The notes under the pieces: generated by a model
What the model was told of the DNA's origin: nothing
The model's database searches: none
The model's input: the letters and a program-made list of their open reading frames with translations, nothing else
Made by a program: the position numbers and the translations under genes
Shown: positions 49,951 through 64,000 of the stretch, piece after piece
How positions within the stretch are numbered: the stretch's first letter is position 1
Layout: every line of letters begins with the position of its first letter
Assembly: GCF_018350175.1 (NCBI RefSeq)
Contig: NC_058368.1
Location: forward strand, 151,034,001-151,098,000
From: Felis catus
Taxonomy: Eukaryota
Length of the DNA stretch: 64,000 bases
Direction of reading: 5' to 3'

Positions 49951-52900
49951 ATACTGTGTAGAGCACATTTGTTCTTCATATCCCATTCATTTACCTGTCT
50001 CATTTTATGCATGAATAAACAGGCTGAATATATAACAAAAAACTACAAGATTAAATCTGTCAATCGGATCATCCGTAAAATTCTCCAAGTTACTGGGGGG
50101 GGGGATTAAAAATAAATGAACCCCCCCCCCAAACACGTGTCAAGTACACAGAAGTTGCTTAGGAAATGTTGGTTGAATTTGAATATAAATTACTTTTATA
50201 ATAAAACTTCATTGAAAGAAGCTAAATCCTCTATAGCCAGCCAAATATGTCAACAGCCAAAATTTTCTTTTCCAGTTAATTTGGATAGTTTTTGGTGGCA
50301 AAAGTTATCATATGAAACAACTACATTTACCTTATTTCACTAGGAGAGATACAAAGAACATGTTCACTTACAAAAATTCTTGACAAAATAGTTTATATTT
50401 AATGTGTCTTAATTGAATCATTCTTGCAAATATGTTAAGGCTCTAGTTTTAATTAAGATATTCTACTGGATAAAAAGAGACTGAGAGAACGAAGACAAAA
50501 TGTGCACTACACTTTCCTGTCAGCTGAAGTTCAGTCTGATACACTCAATACATATGTCACTTATCTGTTAAGCCTGCGTGAGATCTGGTTTAAATAAACA
50601 ATTAAATGGAAAATTAGGTGGGTAATTTCAAAAGAAGGGGGGAAAAAGTCAGTTAAGCAGTGCAATGAAGCTTGAATAGATCAGAAGAAACTAAAACCCT
50701 GGCTTGGTAGATGCCAATACTGGTTTGCATGGAGGAGTTATTTTGCTAAAAGGAAGTAAAACCGCTTTGTGAAATGTGTTGTCCTGTGATATGACAAACA
50801 CTGGGCCAGTGTGTGAAAATGGAAATGCTTCACAGAGGCTCTGAGAAAAGGTTTCTTTTTTGAAAATTAAAAAAAAAATTTTTTTTTTCTACAGTAAACT
50901 CTGAGAAATTCCAACAAAGCCTACATCTTTCTGCCCACATTTTTAAACAATGACTTAGGGCAGCAGGAAAAAAAAAAGTAAACATATATTATAGTTTTTC
51001 ATCCAATAAATGCCTCAAAAATGGATTTGAAAAGCATTCTATTTTTCTCTTGGAATATTTCCTGTTATTTGGAAATTATACCATTTTAGAAGATTAGTCA
51101 CATATTTTAAGGTGTTTACATTTTGAATATAAAATATTTTGAACCACGATGACACTTCTTAAATCCATATTTTTAGAGCACAAAGTTATTTTTAAGAACA
51201 AATAAATTCTGCCTTTTACCGGTGAATTTCTGCTGTTTTTAGCATATTGTGCCAGCTAGCATTTTGGAGCCGTATAATAACCATTTCTGTTTCCAGCCAC
51301 CAAGTTGTTATTCTTTTGGCATAATATAGATTCAGGAATGCAAGACTGTGGATCCTAAACCAGCGATATAGAAACCTATCATTTGAAAATCAATGATGAA
51401 TACATGCGTGTGGTTTACTGCTAAGAAGAGCCTGCATTTAAACTGGCTTGGAAACCACGGGCCTCCTCGCTCAGAACGCTGTGGCCTGCGTTGAGGCTGT
51501 TGTCCTCCCTTAAGATAAATTCACCAAAGAGAACGGTCTCATTCAAAGTCGGGGGTCGGGGAGGTGGCAAATTACTCAAGTTAATTTCTCGGTAATGTTC
51601 TAATATTCAGATTCAACCTTTCCTCATGCCATGTTTTAAAATTACCTTCTGCCTGGACAATGATCAATTCAGATGTGACTGTATGCAGATGTCACATTCT
51701 CCTGACCACTTTAAAAGCACAAAAATTATAAAGCGTGAGTGAATGGATTTCCTGATTATAGATTATAAGAAAATGAAGAACAGACCAACTTTAGAGTCCG
51801 TTCGTTTTATAGTTTGATTTGATTAAAAATATTGTTTCACATAAAATGAAACAAGTTAAGCATTCACAATATAATTTGTATGAAGGATAACAGAATCTAC
51901 CTCGATTGGTTACACGTTTCTAAACATGCATATTAAAACTAGTGTAAATATACAAAACTTGAAATGTGGTGTTAGGAGAAAAAATTTTTTTTCTCTCCAG
52001 TTAACTTGAAAACACTTGCTGCTTTTTTTTTTATTGACTCCTATTTTAAGAAGTTGTAAATTCAAAGAACATATTCCTGGCTTAAGATGTTGTGAGGAGG
52101 ACATTTTGCCTTGTCTCACAGAGCTCAATTGAGTATGTAGCTCTCTTTGAGCCCAAAGTTCTAAAACTTTCTCTTACTTGGATGTTTAGAAATGAATCTT
52201 TTCTTTTTCCTCCCAGGACTTTCAGTTATAAATACAAGCATGAAAAACTAATAAGCACAAAACAGAAACTAGTCTTTATGGACCGAGGCTAATTTTTTTC
52301 ATTGGCAAAATCTTTTTTTTCAGTCTCCCAAATTGTCATGTCTGACTAGCTTCATCTCCCAGCTCCCTACCCAATCAGATACCAAATCTTGTTAAATTTT
52401 CTTGAGAAACGCCTCTCTCCATCTCCACTGCCACCATCCTCGGTAAGGCTTTCATCACCATTTGACTAAGTCTTTGATCAGGGTCCCTGGTCTCCAGTTG
52501 AAAGGTTCTTCGCCAGGACTTAAGATGAGCTTCACACTGTAAGCTCCTCTAAATCTGTATGCCAACTTTTGTGCATATGTGTGATAATGAATCTGATGTA
52601 CGGTCTCAAGATTTTCTCTGAAAATGTTTTTAAAGTGCTGCTTCTATCATGTTACTTTTTCCGTCCATACTTAACACTGTTGGGCCAGGGCCCTGCTTGA
52701 CTCTCAGAACTACGCGTAGTTTGACCCCTTCTATCTCACCTAATTTCCACTGTCCACAGCCAAGCTCGCAGTCCTCTGGATATGCCTGAGTCTTTGCTCT
52801 AGCAGTGTTTGCTCTCCCATTGAATTCAAATTCATCTTAAATGAATTTGAACTCTTTCATGAGAGTTCAGACAGCCTTTCAGACAATGCAGCCCACCTTG

Positions 52901-54329
52901 AATGCATTCCCTTCTACACTACTGCAATTAGTAGTAGTGTAGTGTGAAATCTTCAGTGATACACACAGAAGACTAGTTCTTTAAGTGTTTCAGATGCCTG
53001 CAAAACATATACACAGACTACGCTGGAAAAATTAGGAATTATTCAGGAATGGCACTTAAAGTTAAGTTACTGAGGGAATGTGACAAGAGAACTGAAAATG
53101 TAATATGTAACTTGCTAACTTCAAATATCGAGGGTGTCTCCTCTATGCACTACTTGAGAACATTTCTTATTTGAGGTAATGATTGCACGCTGATGACCAA
53201 GGACACCATTGAGACAAACTGTTCATCAACCATGTAATATTGAAGTCAAGAAGTCATGCAAGTGCCCAACTACTAAATTTGTTTATAGAGAGTTAATTGA
53301 AAGCTGTGTCTTCACTTGTTGCACCTGTTAATCATTTCACAGGACATTACCTTAGCTAAACGCAAGTGGTAGACTCAAATAAAGTAGAAATTTTCCCTGA
53401 TGAAAAAGGGAACTCTGAGGCCCTGCATCTTTTCTTCTATACTGATGAGTGCTTATGTTTACTGCCATAGGTTGTCTCTATAACTCTCAACAATAATTTA
53501 CTCATACAGAGCTTTCCTCCAAAAGATGGACTGCATGATATCCTAGGAAAAAACGGTGGAAGGGTCATGAGTAAGAGTGAATAGAATTTTATTAGATGGT
53601 CCAGAGAGAGACTTTCTGGAGAGAGAGAATGCATAACAGATCTCCCAGTCACAACTGTATTGGAGAGAGATGAGCATTCCCATGAGGACACAATATTGGT
53701 GGTTTTAGAGAATGTAGCCTTCAGAAGCTGGAAAAGTAGGCTTGACTAACACAAACCTCTCAGATCATGTTAACTTTATACTTTATACTCTATACTTTCC
53801 ACTTTAAACTTTATACTCTAGACTTTACACTAAACTTTTACTAAACTTTATACTATGGAGAAGTTAGTTTGTGAGTGGTAAATGACATCCTTAACTGTGT
53901 GACAGGGAAATAGTGTCCACGGAAGGGGTAGATTAGAGATTAGACTGCTATAGGGATGCTAGTTAGGATTCATCTGCCACAGAACACATGAGGAGTAAGG
54001 CAGCCAGGTTGGAAAGATCTGCAAGGCAGACAGGAGTCAAGGACAAAAGAGGATAAAGTAGATAAATCCAGGTTCTGGATTTAGAATTCCTTCAACCATA
54101 CTGAGCCTTAGTTTTCTTAGCCCTAGGTAATGATTCCATTAGTGTGAGAGAAGCATAAAAGTAATCTGAATCAGAGACTCTCACACACTTGCCTGAGGCA
54201 GCCAGTGCCAATATGACCATGCAATAATATTAACAATATTAAATACTTTATAGAGTATTATTTACCAATAGTATCAACAACATCAAGCATACACATCGAG
54301 GACCCAGAATAGTACCAGGCACCTAGTAA

Positions 54330-54540
54330 CTGCTATATGATTGTTTGTTATTCTACATGGATATAAAACACCTTTAATCCTTGCAATGACAACCCTCTCA
54401 GGTACTAATAGTATCCCTGTGTTACATAATGAGAACACATGACAACAGAGAGGTCCAGCAAGTTGCCCAATGTCAAACAGCTATTAACTGGTGGAGCCAT
54501 GACTGAACCAGAAGTGTGTCCAGAGTCCATGCTCTGAAGC
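54330..54540 (-). mobile_element. MIR
   Basis: tttaatccttgcaa..tccctgtgttacataatgagaa..ttgcccaatgtcaaacagcta..ggtggagcc. Confidence 0.7.
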
Positions 54541-56389
54541 ACAGCAGAGCTCTGTTCCCTGAGAATTGGTCACATTCTGGGATTTTGAAAACCTTTCTGT
54601 GTCAAATCTCACCCTATAATTACAGGAATACAAAGGAAGAGAGGAAACAAGTCAAGTCTGAGACCTGGGAGGTGAGACCTACAGGGTCTTCCTAAGCCAA
54701 AGGTGATGTGAGAACTTCAGGAACATGGTCAACTTGGCCGTCATAAATGGCATTGCTGGTTCAGAAAATGCTGAACTTATACAAAGAGGCACAGAATGGT
54801 GATGTTCCGAACCGCATTTCTGGTCTCCTGGATAAATAAATATTTACAAATAGGAAATATTGGGTTTAGCAACACTAAATGCCAGAACAACTGTTTAACT
54901 TTCAGTGTGCTATTTCAAGTGGATGATTAAATATGCTCTTAAAGGCAGATTTTGTAATATTTTAGTCAATAATCTCCCTGAAATGGAGGGTAGAGACATT
55001 TATGTACCTATTGTCAATTTAAGAGACCAGCTTCCATCAGAACCACTTAACACGATAGTGAAATGCTCAGTATTTTATAGTATCTGTTATTAGTTGTTAC
55101 CTAGAAAATAATTTCTAATACATAGGTGTATCAAACTGACTTTGTTTAGTAATTTGTTAATGGTATCTTTGATTTTGTTTTTGTTTTTTTGTAATTTTGG
55201 GCAAACCGCCATAGAAAAGCATTAAGTTGAACCTCTGATATTTATTTTCTGCTTTTACTTCAGCAAAAGTTTTTGTTTATCAACCTGGATTTTTGTTTTT
55301 TGTTTGTTTGTTTGCATTAGAACAATTTAAAAACATTTACAGCATACAGTCTCTTTAAACTAAAGGTGCCACATAGATAATAATGCTCACTACAATCAAT
55401 TAATTTTATATCTGAGTTTTTAAGGGTTTTAAGATGTTAGTTTCCAATATCAGGACATTGTTTTATATCTCAAACATACATCTTTCTACTGTATACAATT
55501 ACCTTAAATTGTATACAGTAAACTTGCTCATACAACCCACTGCTCTACTGGAAGCTATACACTTAAAATAGTTTAGTAGAAAAATATTATGACCTTCTAG
55601 ACTTCAGTCTTACACTCACTGTGCCCTGAATGCCTGAAACCCTGTTAAAAGTGCTAGAAACTATGTTATTCAGCTATTGTGAATCACAATCTTTTTTTTT
55701 TTTTTTTTTTTTTGAGGGAAAAGGAGATCTTTTTCATGGGATGGCTCTAAGGCAAAAGGCAACCACAAAACATTTGGAGGTCAGAAATCTGGGAATGATG
55801 AAAATTTCAATATGCCTCCTGTGGAATAGGGGCAAAGCAAATTTTCTGATTCTTATCCTGGTAAAGACTCCTGATTACAGATTTTTAAACATAAAATAAA
55901 GTTTCCACTCTATCTGAGGGTTTCTTAGGGAAATAATATAATAATGCATAATGTTAGACTATGAAGAAACTCCTGTAAAACCTCAGTGTCTTTTGTGGTG
56001 TATTCTTAGAAAAATACTCCAAGAATACACAAAAGCCAAGACTATTCTTGGCTGTACCAGTTAGAGGGCAGTAGACATTCTAAAAAGAGCTTGCCTCTTC
56101 TGCTTGACCATGTCACCCTGATGCTGAACCAGACCTTCACGGGTTTCATATCTACCCCACTTGTCCTTGATGTCTCTTGGATGTGTATTGTTTAGTATCT
56201 TTTGTGAAATTAACAGTCTATCAGCCAACTCGGTACTGAGCACTGAACATTTAGCACATACAATAGGCTCTGGATTGTGAGGCAGAAGTAAAGAAATTTT
56301 ATTTCTCACTGAGTTGTTTTTCCAAAGATTGAGAGTCTGTTGTCACAAAGCAGGTCTGTTTTGGCGAACCACTCTCTCCTTTGTCCTAA

Positions 56390-56510
56390 CAGTCATGTGG
56401 GTCAGACAATATCTTCTCAATTTTTGACAGATAAGGAAACTGAGGTTCAGGGAGCTTCTGTGACTTGTCGCTAAGTGGGACAGTTTTTATTTGAATCCAG
56501 AACACAAGCT
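56390..56510 (-). mobile_element. MIR core fragment
   Basis: tttgacagataaggaaactgaggttcagggag..tgacttgtc. Confidence 0.65.
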
Positions 56511-58593
56511 GATTCTACTACATTATTACAAAACCCAGATGTTTCAGATTTAGAACGCATCCTTGTATTTCTCGGGATAAAAGCTCCATTTGCAAATAAG
56601 GAAGAATCTGACAACCTGATGTTTTCAATGCACAAAGGCACTCAAAATATCATTCTACTTTGACTACTGATTTATTGAAGGGATAGTTTTTAATTGCACC
56701 ATAAAAATGATACTGAACCTTGCTATCTTAAAAAAATTGCACTTAACAATGAATGATAGATTTATGACTCACTTAATTGTTCACTTCTTGAGATTTTGGG
56801 GCTGTCTCTTTGCTAAAAATGAGGGGGTGTCTTCATTATTGACACAATCTCTCATTCTTTCAGTCATTTTTATAAACAAAAATATTGAGACAGTACAAAT
56901 TAGAGAGAATGTGACAGAAGAGAAAGAATAATTACTTGTGGTTTTAACATTTACACAACTGCTACAAACACATCAGAAGATGATAATGTTCAAAGGGAAG
57001 TATGTTGCACTGCACTCTGATTCTGCCTTTGGTTTATTAATATATCTTATTTATTCCCACCCTTGAGGGTAGGGGCCGTGGCAGACATCTCTGCGAAGCC
57101 TACTGGTGCACTACTCACTTACTGAACATTTACTATTACTGCGAATACATTAAACTAACCTTTAGTTTTTGCTTAGGAAATCGAGAATATAGATAATTGT
57201 AATACTGACAGTGCTCACATTTATTAACAAGCACTTACTCTGGTGCGCAAACTGTGCTAGGTGCTGCCTTGCATCATTACCTCATTTGATTTTCACAACA
57301 ATCCTATAAAATGGGAGTTCACAGACTTCCCAAGGGCAGTAACGTCATCCTAGGCATATCGTGTATTTTCATTGGTTATTTTATTTCTTGGAATATCTGC
57401 CTCAGGAATATTTCCCCCAATTACTGCTTGCACAAGAATTTCCTCCACCATCTTGTAGATTTCTCTGAGTTGCTTAAGGTTAAACTAACCCGGGTCCTTT
57501 TTCATGATTGTTATGAAAATTAATGTTATCATCTTTGAACATGGAAATTGACCACAGATTTAGATTTGCCATTATTACTACATTATAATAACCTATAATA
57601 GTATCACAGGTTGTTTTCTCCCTACACTACTAATACAGCATCATCAGTTCTTCATCATAATTGGAGGTTGTAAATGGAGGGCAAGGTCAAGAAATTGTGA
57701 CAGGAGGGCACAGTGTTTAGTAAACAGTTAACGAGTAAAAAATTCAGTTAAAACAATTAAAATGGAACAATAATAAATAAACACAGTGAATAGTAAAGCA
57801 TCCTGTGGACACATCCATAGGTAATCAATTGAAATTGTCTGTCCAGGTTTTGGTACAATACAGTTTCCTTTAAAGTGAACTAAAGGAACGTATTTGATTT
57901 ACTCTTTTAAACGAGACTGTATCATGACTATAACACTCTTTGAATTGAGAGTGTAGTGAACACACTCGAATGTTAAACTTAAAATTTAAGTGACTGGCAA
58001 AAGTTTGTCTAAAAACAGCAAATTACATTCTTGGCCACAGCCTTGAAGCCCCAGAAAGTCCCTGGTAGGTAAAAAACTGATTTCCAAAAGAGGGGCTTTT
58101 TTAACCACATCCCTTCTTTAGCATCTCCCCTCCATGGATGCACAATTTCATATCACTAATGATTTTGAAAAGACTTTCCTTTCTGTAGTATCCCCAAATA
58201 AAATCTTACGATGATGCCAAAAACAAGGAGAAGAAAAACTAACAGTATGTGAGGAAAAAGAACTGTTAAAAGAAAAAAAAGACAAATGCTGAGTAAAGTA
58301 GTATTTTAGGGGGAAATATTAAACCGCTTGTGTTAATATTACAAATGACCAAAGTTTTATTATTAGTCACACTCTCAGGTTAAATCAATGGGATATTAGT
58401 GAAGAGACAAATTTTTACGTTGCTTTACTGAATATAATAGAAAGATGGGGATAAAAAATATACAAATTGTGAGGACAGAAATCATGATACCCTAAGGGCT
58501 CTAAAATCTGCTAAACATTCATCTAGGGAGCTATAATTTGAAATTTTGTTTTTCTCTGCAGAAATCAAACTCCTTAAGAATTAAGTTAAACTA

Positions 58594-58800
58594 GGGGTGC
58601 CTGGGTGGCTCAGTTGGTTAAGCGTCCAACATCGGCTCAGATCACGATCTCACAATTTGTGGGTGCCAGCCCCACATCGGGCTCTGTGCTGACAGCTTAG
58701 ACTCTACAGCCTGCCTTGGATTCTGTGTCTCCCTCTCTTTGCCCCCTGCTCTCTCTCTCTCTCTCAATAATAGACAAACTTTAAAAAATTTAAAACAAGG
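58594..58800 (+). mobile_element. Can-SINE (intronic, antisense to MEF2C)
   Basis: TSD taagttaaacta. Confidence 0.92.
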
Positions 58801-60827
58801 AACTAAGTTAAACTAAAGGGGTTGAAAGCAGATTTTATGATATCCTAACCTTGCCTGTAACATTCATTTGTTGTCTCTTTGACTTGCCTCTCCCACTTCA
58901 ACATTGGCCCCTAAGGAATGGTGTCAAGGTACAGTTTATAATTTTCCAGGTCCTGTATATGGAAAGTGGCTACTGATTTTCTTGGCGATGGCTAAGTATC
59001 ACCTGATGTAGATTATCCAACTAGGGGACTAAGTTTTTTTTTTTTTTCAATAATTCTAGATAACCTTGGTTTGGATTAAAAATATCGTTGTTAGTTAATT
59101 TCACAGATAATAATAAAGCAATGTTGTTGGATCTTTATGTTTTGGGTGAACTCCCAAGGTAAAACTGCAAATGAATTTAGAATTTTTATTCAGAATAATT
59201 CAAACTAACAGAATAATACTTTCAAAACAAGAATCCAACTATTAATTTGGATTTTTTTCACATGCTGCTTAACAGCATTTAAAAAAAGTAATATAAAGTT
59301 GTATTTTATACTAACAAAAGTAGTTTTGTTTGAAAGCAATTAAATGGCATCCATCTCTCTTTCTTGAATATTACAGTCTGAATCTGTATATTGTTAGATT
59401 ACAAAAATGTAAACTTGTTAAAGACAATTCTTTTAGACTGAATTTTTAACTACTTTACTGATATTTTAAATCACTGAGTAAGAATTGCAGAGAAGTCTTT
59501 TTGGCTGGTAAGAAAGTCAGCCAAGAAATTTTTGATAAGTATTCTCAAAAAACAAATACTTGCAAAACAATGGTACTGGTACAGGATAATTAAAACATTG
59601 TATGATTTTTTTCCTTTTCTGAGTTCTATTTTATAAGACGCTAAATTTTTCTTTTTCAATACTAAATGAATTACAAAGAAAGTCATGTAAGTGAAGTTCT
59701 ATGATCATTTAATCATAAAACATTTGGTGTAAGAAGGCACTAAAGATATCTGTATCTTATCCCCAATATGTGTACTGAGTTCAAAGGTTCAAAGTCACAG
59801 CGTAAGATCGTGCTAGATGGAGTCTTTTCAAAGCCTGGAAGCCGGGGATCCTTATTCACTGCTCAGTGATTCATCCACAGCAGTACACTGTCACCATCGA
59901 GTCTCCATGTATTTAGCTGATATAAATTAAGCATTCCAGAAGTGACAACGCTTGACAACCAAATGCATAAAATAGTAAACAATTAACAATCAAAATAAGG
60001 AAACAGCTGTTAGTTTCTTTTTTATAAAATTATATCTAATTTACAATAAATGCCAATTAAAATTATTAACCAATATACATAAATCTCCTTTGCCTTATTG
60101 TCAAATAGCTATGTAAATTGTAAAATTCTAAATTTCCAAAGAGATTCCTAAAGGGTTCTCCTTTCTTTCTCTCTCTATCCCTCCCCTTCTCTCTTTCTCA
60201 CTTTCTTTTGTCTCAATCATGAATCCTTGAGCATACTGGTACTTCCTACACAATAAAAAGCAACTATGTTATCAAAGTGAAAACAAAGGGTACTAATAGG
60301 ATAGTGAATAATCCAACACAAGGCATTGTTGTGCGTGTACCACATCAGTCTGTACGTGCACAAGAGGCCCTGAGGCGGAGCCAACACACGATGTAGCTCA
60401 CAGACTGAGTGGGAAAGATGCCATACTTTATCATCGAGTTGAGCTGAAAAAGAGAATGCTTACCTCTTATTTCTCCCAAATCTAATGATTATAAAACCTC
60501 AACCGAGCTCGATTTTAACAATCCTCAATAACCACTAAGATTAGCATGTTAAAGGTTTTAATACACAGAGATATGACAAAATACAATTTGAAAAGCAGCG
60601 TCTTCCGATTTTGGTTGTTGAGAGGAAAGGACTAAGTAGTGGATGAATAACTGAACTGAAACCTAGAAATGCCACTACTACTAATGTATTATATAATGAC
60701 CTGCTGTATACTTCCCTTATACCAAGAGTGCAAACCTATCCTGTTACTTCTTAATTACCATTTGCCTTTATCTTTGAAATTGCTTCAATTTAAGTGATAA
60801 GAGGTTAATTTTTTTAAGAGGTGATTT

Positions 60828-61031
60828 TTAAAAAAAAAATTTTTTTTTCAACGTTTATTTATTTTTGGGACAGAGAGAGACAGAGCATGAATGGGGGATG
60901 AGCAGAGAGAGAGGGAGACACAGAATCGGAAACAGGCTCCAGGCTCTGAGCCATCAGCCCAGAGCCTGACGCGGGGCTCGAACTCACGGACCGCGAGATC
61001 GTGACCTGGCTGAAGTCGGACGCTTAACCGA
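60828..61031 (-). mobile_element. Can-SINE (young, CpG-rich)
   Basis: TSD taagaggtgattt. Confidence 0.95.
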
Positions 61032-61488
61032 CTGCACCACCCAGGCGCCCCTAAGAGGTGATTTGTGATGGTCTGAGGTACCAACACACATTTCATTTAT
61101 TGCAGCATATCATTTCTTTAGATTTCTAGAATGATAGAAAAGTGAGTAAAACTTTATTGGTCAATGTTGCTCATCCATTTAATCAAACAATTCACTATTC
61201 ATTGTATAAGTATCAGAAGAATACATTATTTTTGTAAACTACAGATCAAGGGTCTATCTTTTCATATTTAAAATTAACATTATTTCTTTGAAGTATTCTT
61301 CCATTTTTTTGCATCAACATGATTACAATTTATAACCAGTAGATCATTTTTTCCTTTATTCAGCTAACAACCATTAATGGAGCATCTGCCATAGACTATG
61401 TCTTATGTGTTGTGTTGGGAATCCAAACTGAGTAAGAAAGACACAGTTTGCCCTTGAGGGCTGAGAATCCAGGGAAAGATGTGTGCCC

Positions 61489-61697
61489 AGGAGCACCTGG
61501 GTGGCTCAGTCTGTTAAGCGTCTGACTTTGGCTCAGGTCATGATCTTGCGGTTTGTGGGTTTGAGCCCCAGGTAAAGCTCTGTGCTGACAGCTCAGAGCT
61601 TGGAACCTGCTTCAGACTCTGTGTCTCCCTCTCTCTCTGTCCCTCCCCTACTCATGCTCTGTCTCTTTCTCTCAAAAATAAACATTAAAACAAAAAG
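61489..61697 (+). mobile_element. Can-SINE inserted in an L2-like fragment
   Basis: TSD aagatgt(g/a)tgccc. Confidence 0.92.
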
Positions 61698-61929
61698 AAG
61701 ATGTATGCCCAGACATTGCAACTGCAATGCAATGAGGTAAGTGATGTGGTCACAGGCTGCCATGGAAGAAAAGAGATGCATAATTCCTTCCAGAAGAAAA
61801 AATTTCCTGAATGGCTGGACTGAATTCTGAGGGATGACAAGGAATGCTCAGGATCAAGAGGAAGTTGAGGGGAAGGAGCACAAGAATGCATACATGAAGG
61901 CAAGTGGCCTCCACGCTATTTGGAAAGCA

Positions 61930-62140
61930 GCTGCACAATGAAGTGGTTAAGAGTATGGACTCTGGAGACAGACTGCCTGGGTTCCATATTGGGCAATTAT
62001 TTTGACCTCTCTGTGTCTCAGTGTCCCCATCTATAGAAAGGGTATAATATGCGTATCTGCGTTAAAGAGCCATAATGAGAAAAAATGAGTTACTTTTTAT
62101 AAAGCACATAGTAAGAGCAATTTAAATGTCTGTTATTATT
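61930..62140 (+). mobile_element. MIR
   Basis: gtggttaagagtatggactctggag..ctgggttc..ctctctgtgtctcagt..catct. Confidence 0.8.
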
Positions 62141-62615
62141 AGAGTGCAGGGTTCTTGCTGGCCGTGGCAAAATGAAAAGTTTAAGAATGGAGATGAGGGC
62201 TAGGCCAGAGATAAGAGGCCCATGGTTAATTCTGAAAGAGATGGGAAGCCATTGCTGGATTTTAGGCACATGAATGATGAGAAAGGCTAATCAGTCATGG
62301 GGAGACTGGAGTGGGGTACAATGTGAAGCAGAGAGACAAATTAGGGGCTCTGGAAACAGCCCTGGAATGTTGCTATGAACGTGAACCAAGGCATTGGGAC
62401 AGGAATGGAGAGAAAAGAATAGACTTAGGAAATACCTTGGAGGCTGAGTTTGTAAGACTTGATTCACTGGATGATGGAATGAGAGAGAGGTATAGCTCGG
62501 GGATTGGATGGGAAAGATGTTATACTTTATCATCAAGCTGAGCTGAAAAAAGAGAATGCTTATCTTTTTGGTCTCTTGGTATTTATAAGCACACACTAAA
62601 TGTTAAATTTACTTC

Positions 62616-62820
62616 TTTTTTGCATGGTATTTTCTCCTCTTTACAGGTTGAGATTATTTGATTTTGAATAAAAATTACAAAGACTGAAAAGTAATTATGT
62701 ACACTTGGCTTCAGAGTTTTTTGCATGGTATTTTCTCCTCTTTACAGGTTGAGATGATTTGATTTTGAATAAAAATTACAAAGCCTGAAAAGTAATTATG
62801 TACACTTGGCTTCAGAGTTT
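62616..62820. repeat. 101-bp tandem duplication (2 copies)
   Basis: tgcatggtattttctcctc...cttggcttcagagttt occurs twice with 2 substitutions. Confidence 0.95.
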
Positions 62821-64000
62821 CTAACTTTATCTGAGACCTTGAATTTCAATGACAATATTCAAAATTTGGAAGATACCTTTTGGTCATTTTGCTTTAGTTT
62901 TCTTTTCTGAAAATGCAGAGACATTCTGGCTGGCCTTGCTTCCCCTGGTGTTATGTGATTCTCTGACATCAGCACAGATATATTCAGCTTTGACACATGA
63001 TACTGGCGGGTTTGAGAAAGAAGGGGAAGATGGTTGAGCCTGTAGCAGGACATGACAGCTAAGCTGAAGCCTACTAAATGGCATCTGCAACAGGTGTTTG
63101 TGGAACCAGAGCTACAAAGGGCTGCTTCCTCTATTTTTGAAAAGTGGGGAAATAACCTTTTCAGAAGTCTATAGTAACTGGGAAAGTTACATGCTCATGG
63201 CTATGAGATACACTCATCCAGATATAATGTTTATTATATCAGGATGGAGCAATCCTTCTTGTTTCCTTCTATTTTTGAAGCAGAAGATTCTTCTGTCTAT
63301 GGCAGAGGTCCTGAAGTAGGAAGATAAATCTGCTAAGCTCGTAAGATTTTTTTAGTTCAATGACGCTATAGCCATACATGTGGCTAACTTTTACACGTTA
63401 CAGGATTGAGTATCTTCTCTCTCCCTGGAGGGCCATTAAACTTAGTGGGCTGTCAGAGAATTGACAATGACAGCATAATTGAACAACCAAACACTTCTTA
63501 TTTTCAATAGAGAATCCTAAAGCATTTTAGCTATTAAGTAGAAACAAGAGTCTATTTCCATTAAGGCGAAGTAACCCATCCCCCCCATATATTTTTTTAC
63601 TACTTCTAATAACTTTAATCACCACTATTGGCTGTTCCTATAAAAGCATCGAGATACTGGATAAAATATCATAACATCTAAACCATTTTTTAAATTTATC
63701 TTTTTCTTGGTCTTTGTGACAGCCCCAATTCTTAGTCCCCAACATTCTCTCTAACCATAGTTTTGGCAGAGGCTTGAATCCAAGAAACACTGGTCTGGCT
63801 TTGATCTGGTTTTGTAATTTTGAGGCTACAAACCTCAAAGTATTTTTCAGGGGAAAAATGAGTACTTCATTTCACTGTTCAGCAAGATAGTATATGGAGT
63901 TTATTCATTAATTTGCCTCTACTTAATTTTTAAAAGATAGATAAAATAGGAGGCTAGTGCCATTGATTCTGTTAATTCACTGTGTAGTTCTAGTACTTTT

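Noticed and set aside
53772..53855. Short spaced repeats (actttat/ctaaacttt) resembling an array
   Set aside because: Low-complexity degenerate minisatellite with no constant repeat-spacer structure; not CRISPR.

Overview
Mammalian (carnivore, most likely felid, judged from SINEC_Fc-type Can-SINEs) genomic DNA containing the 3' half of MEF2C on the minus strand. Five coding exons are present: 48043-48215, the 24-nt beta microexon 46465-46488, 45446-45575, 44716-44851, and the terminal exon 38859-39180 with the internal gamma-domain alternative acceptor. A ~4.3-kb 3'UTR ends near 34.5 kb, and upstream exons lie beyond the right edge. Bases 1-10.3 kb are a nearly repeat-free cluster of CpG islands. 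By synteny (inference) this is the promoter region of the LINC00461/MIR9-2 host lncRNA and MEF2C-AS2; I could not find the miR-9 hairpin itself in the window. Bases 12-33.5 kb are transposon-rich intergenic DNA (Can-SINEs, L1 3' ends, MLT1/ERV LTRs, MIR, L2, a MER45-like hAT element). I see no new protein-coding system. The best leads are regulatory: a miR-9 site that could be gated by alternative polyadenylation, an RFX/CTCF/RBFOX motif module behind the beta microexon, a perfect 24-bp palindrome with two TAATCC motifs, RE1-like motifs, a perfect MEF2 site in MEF2C's own 3'UTR, and nested or inverted SINE structures. Repeat-family names come from recalled consensus similarity, not from a database search.
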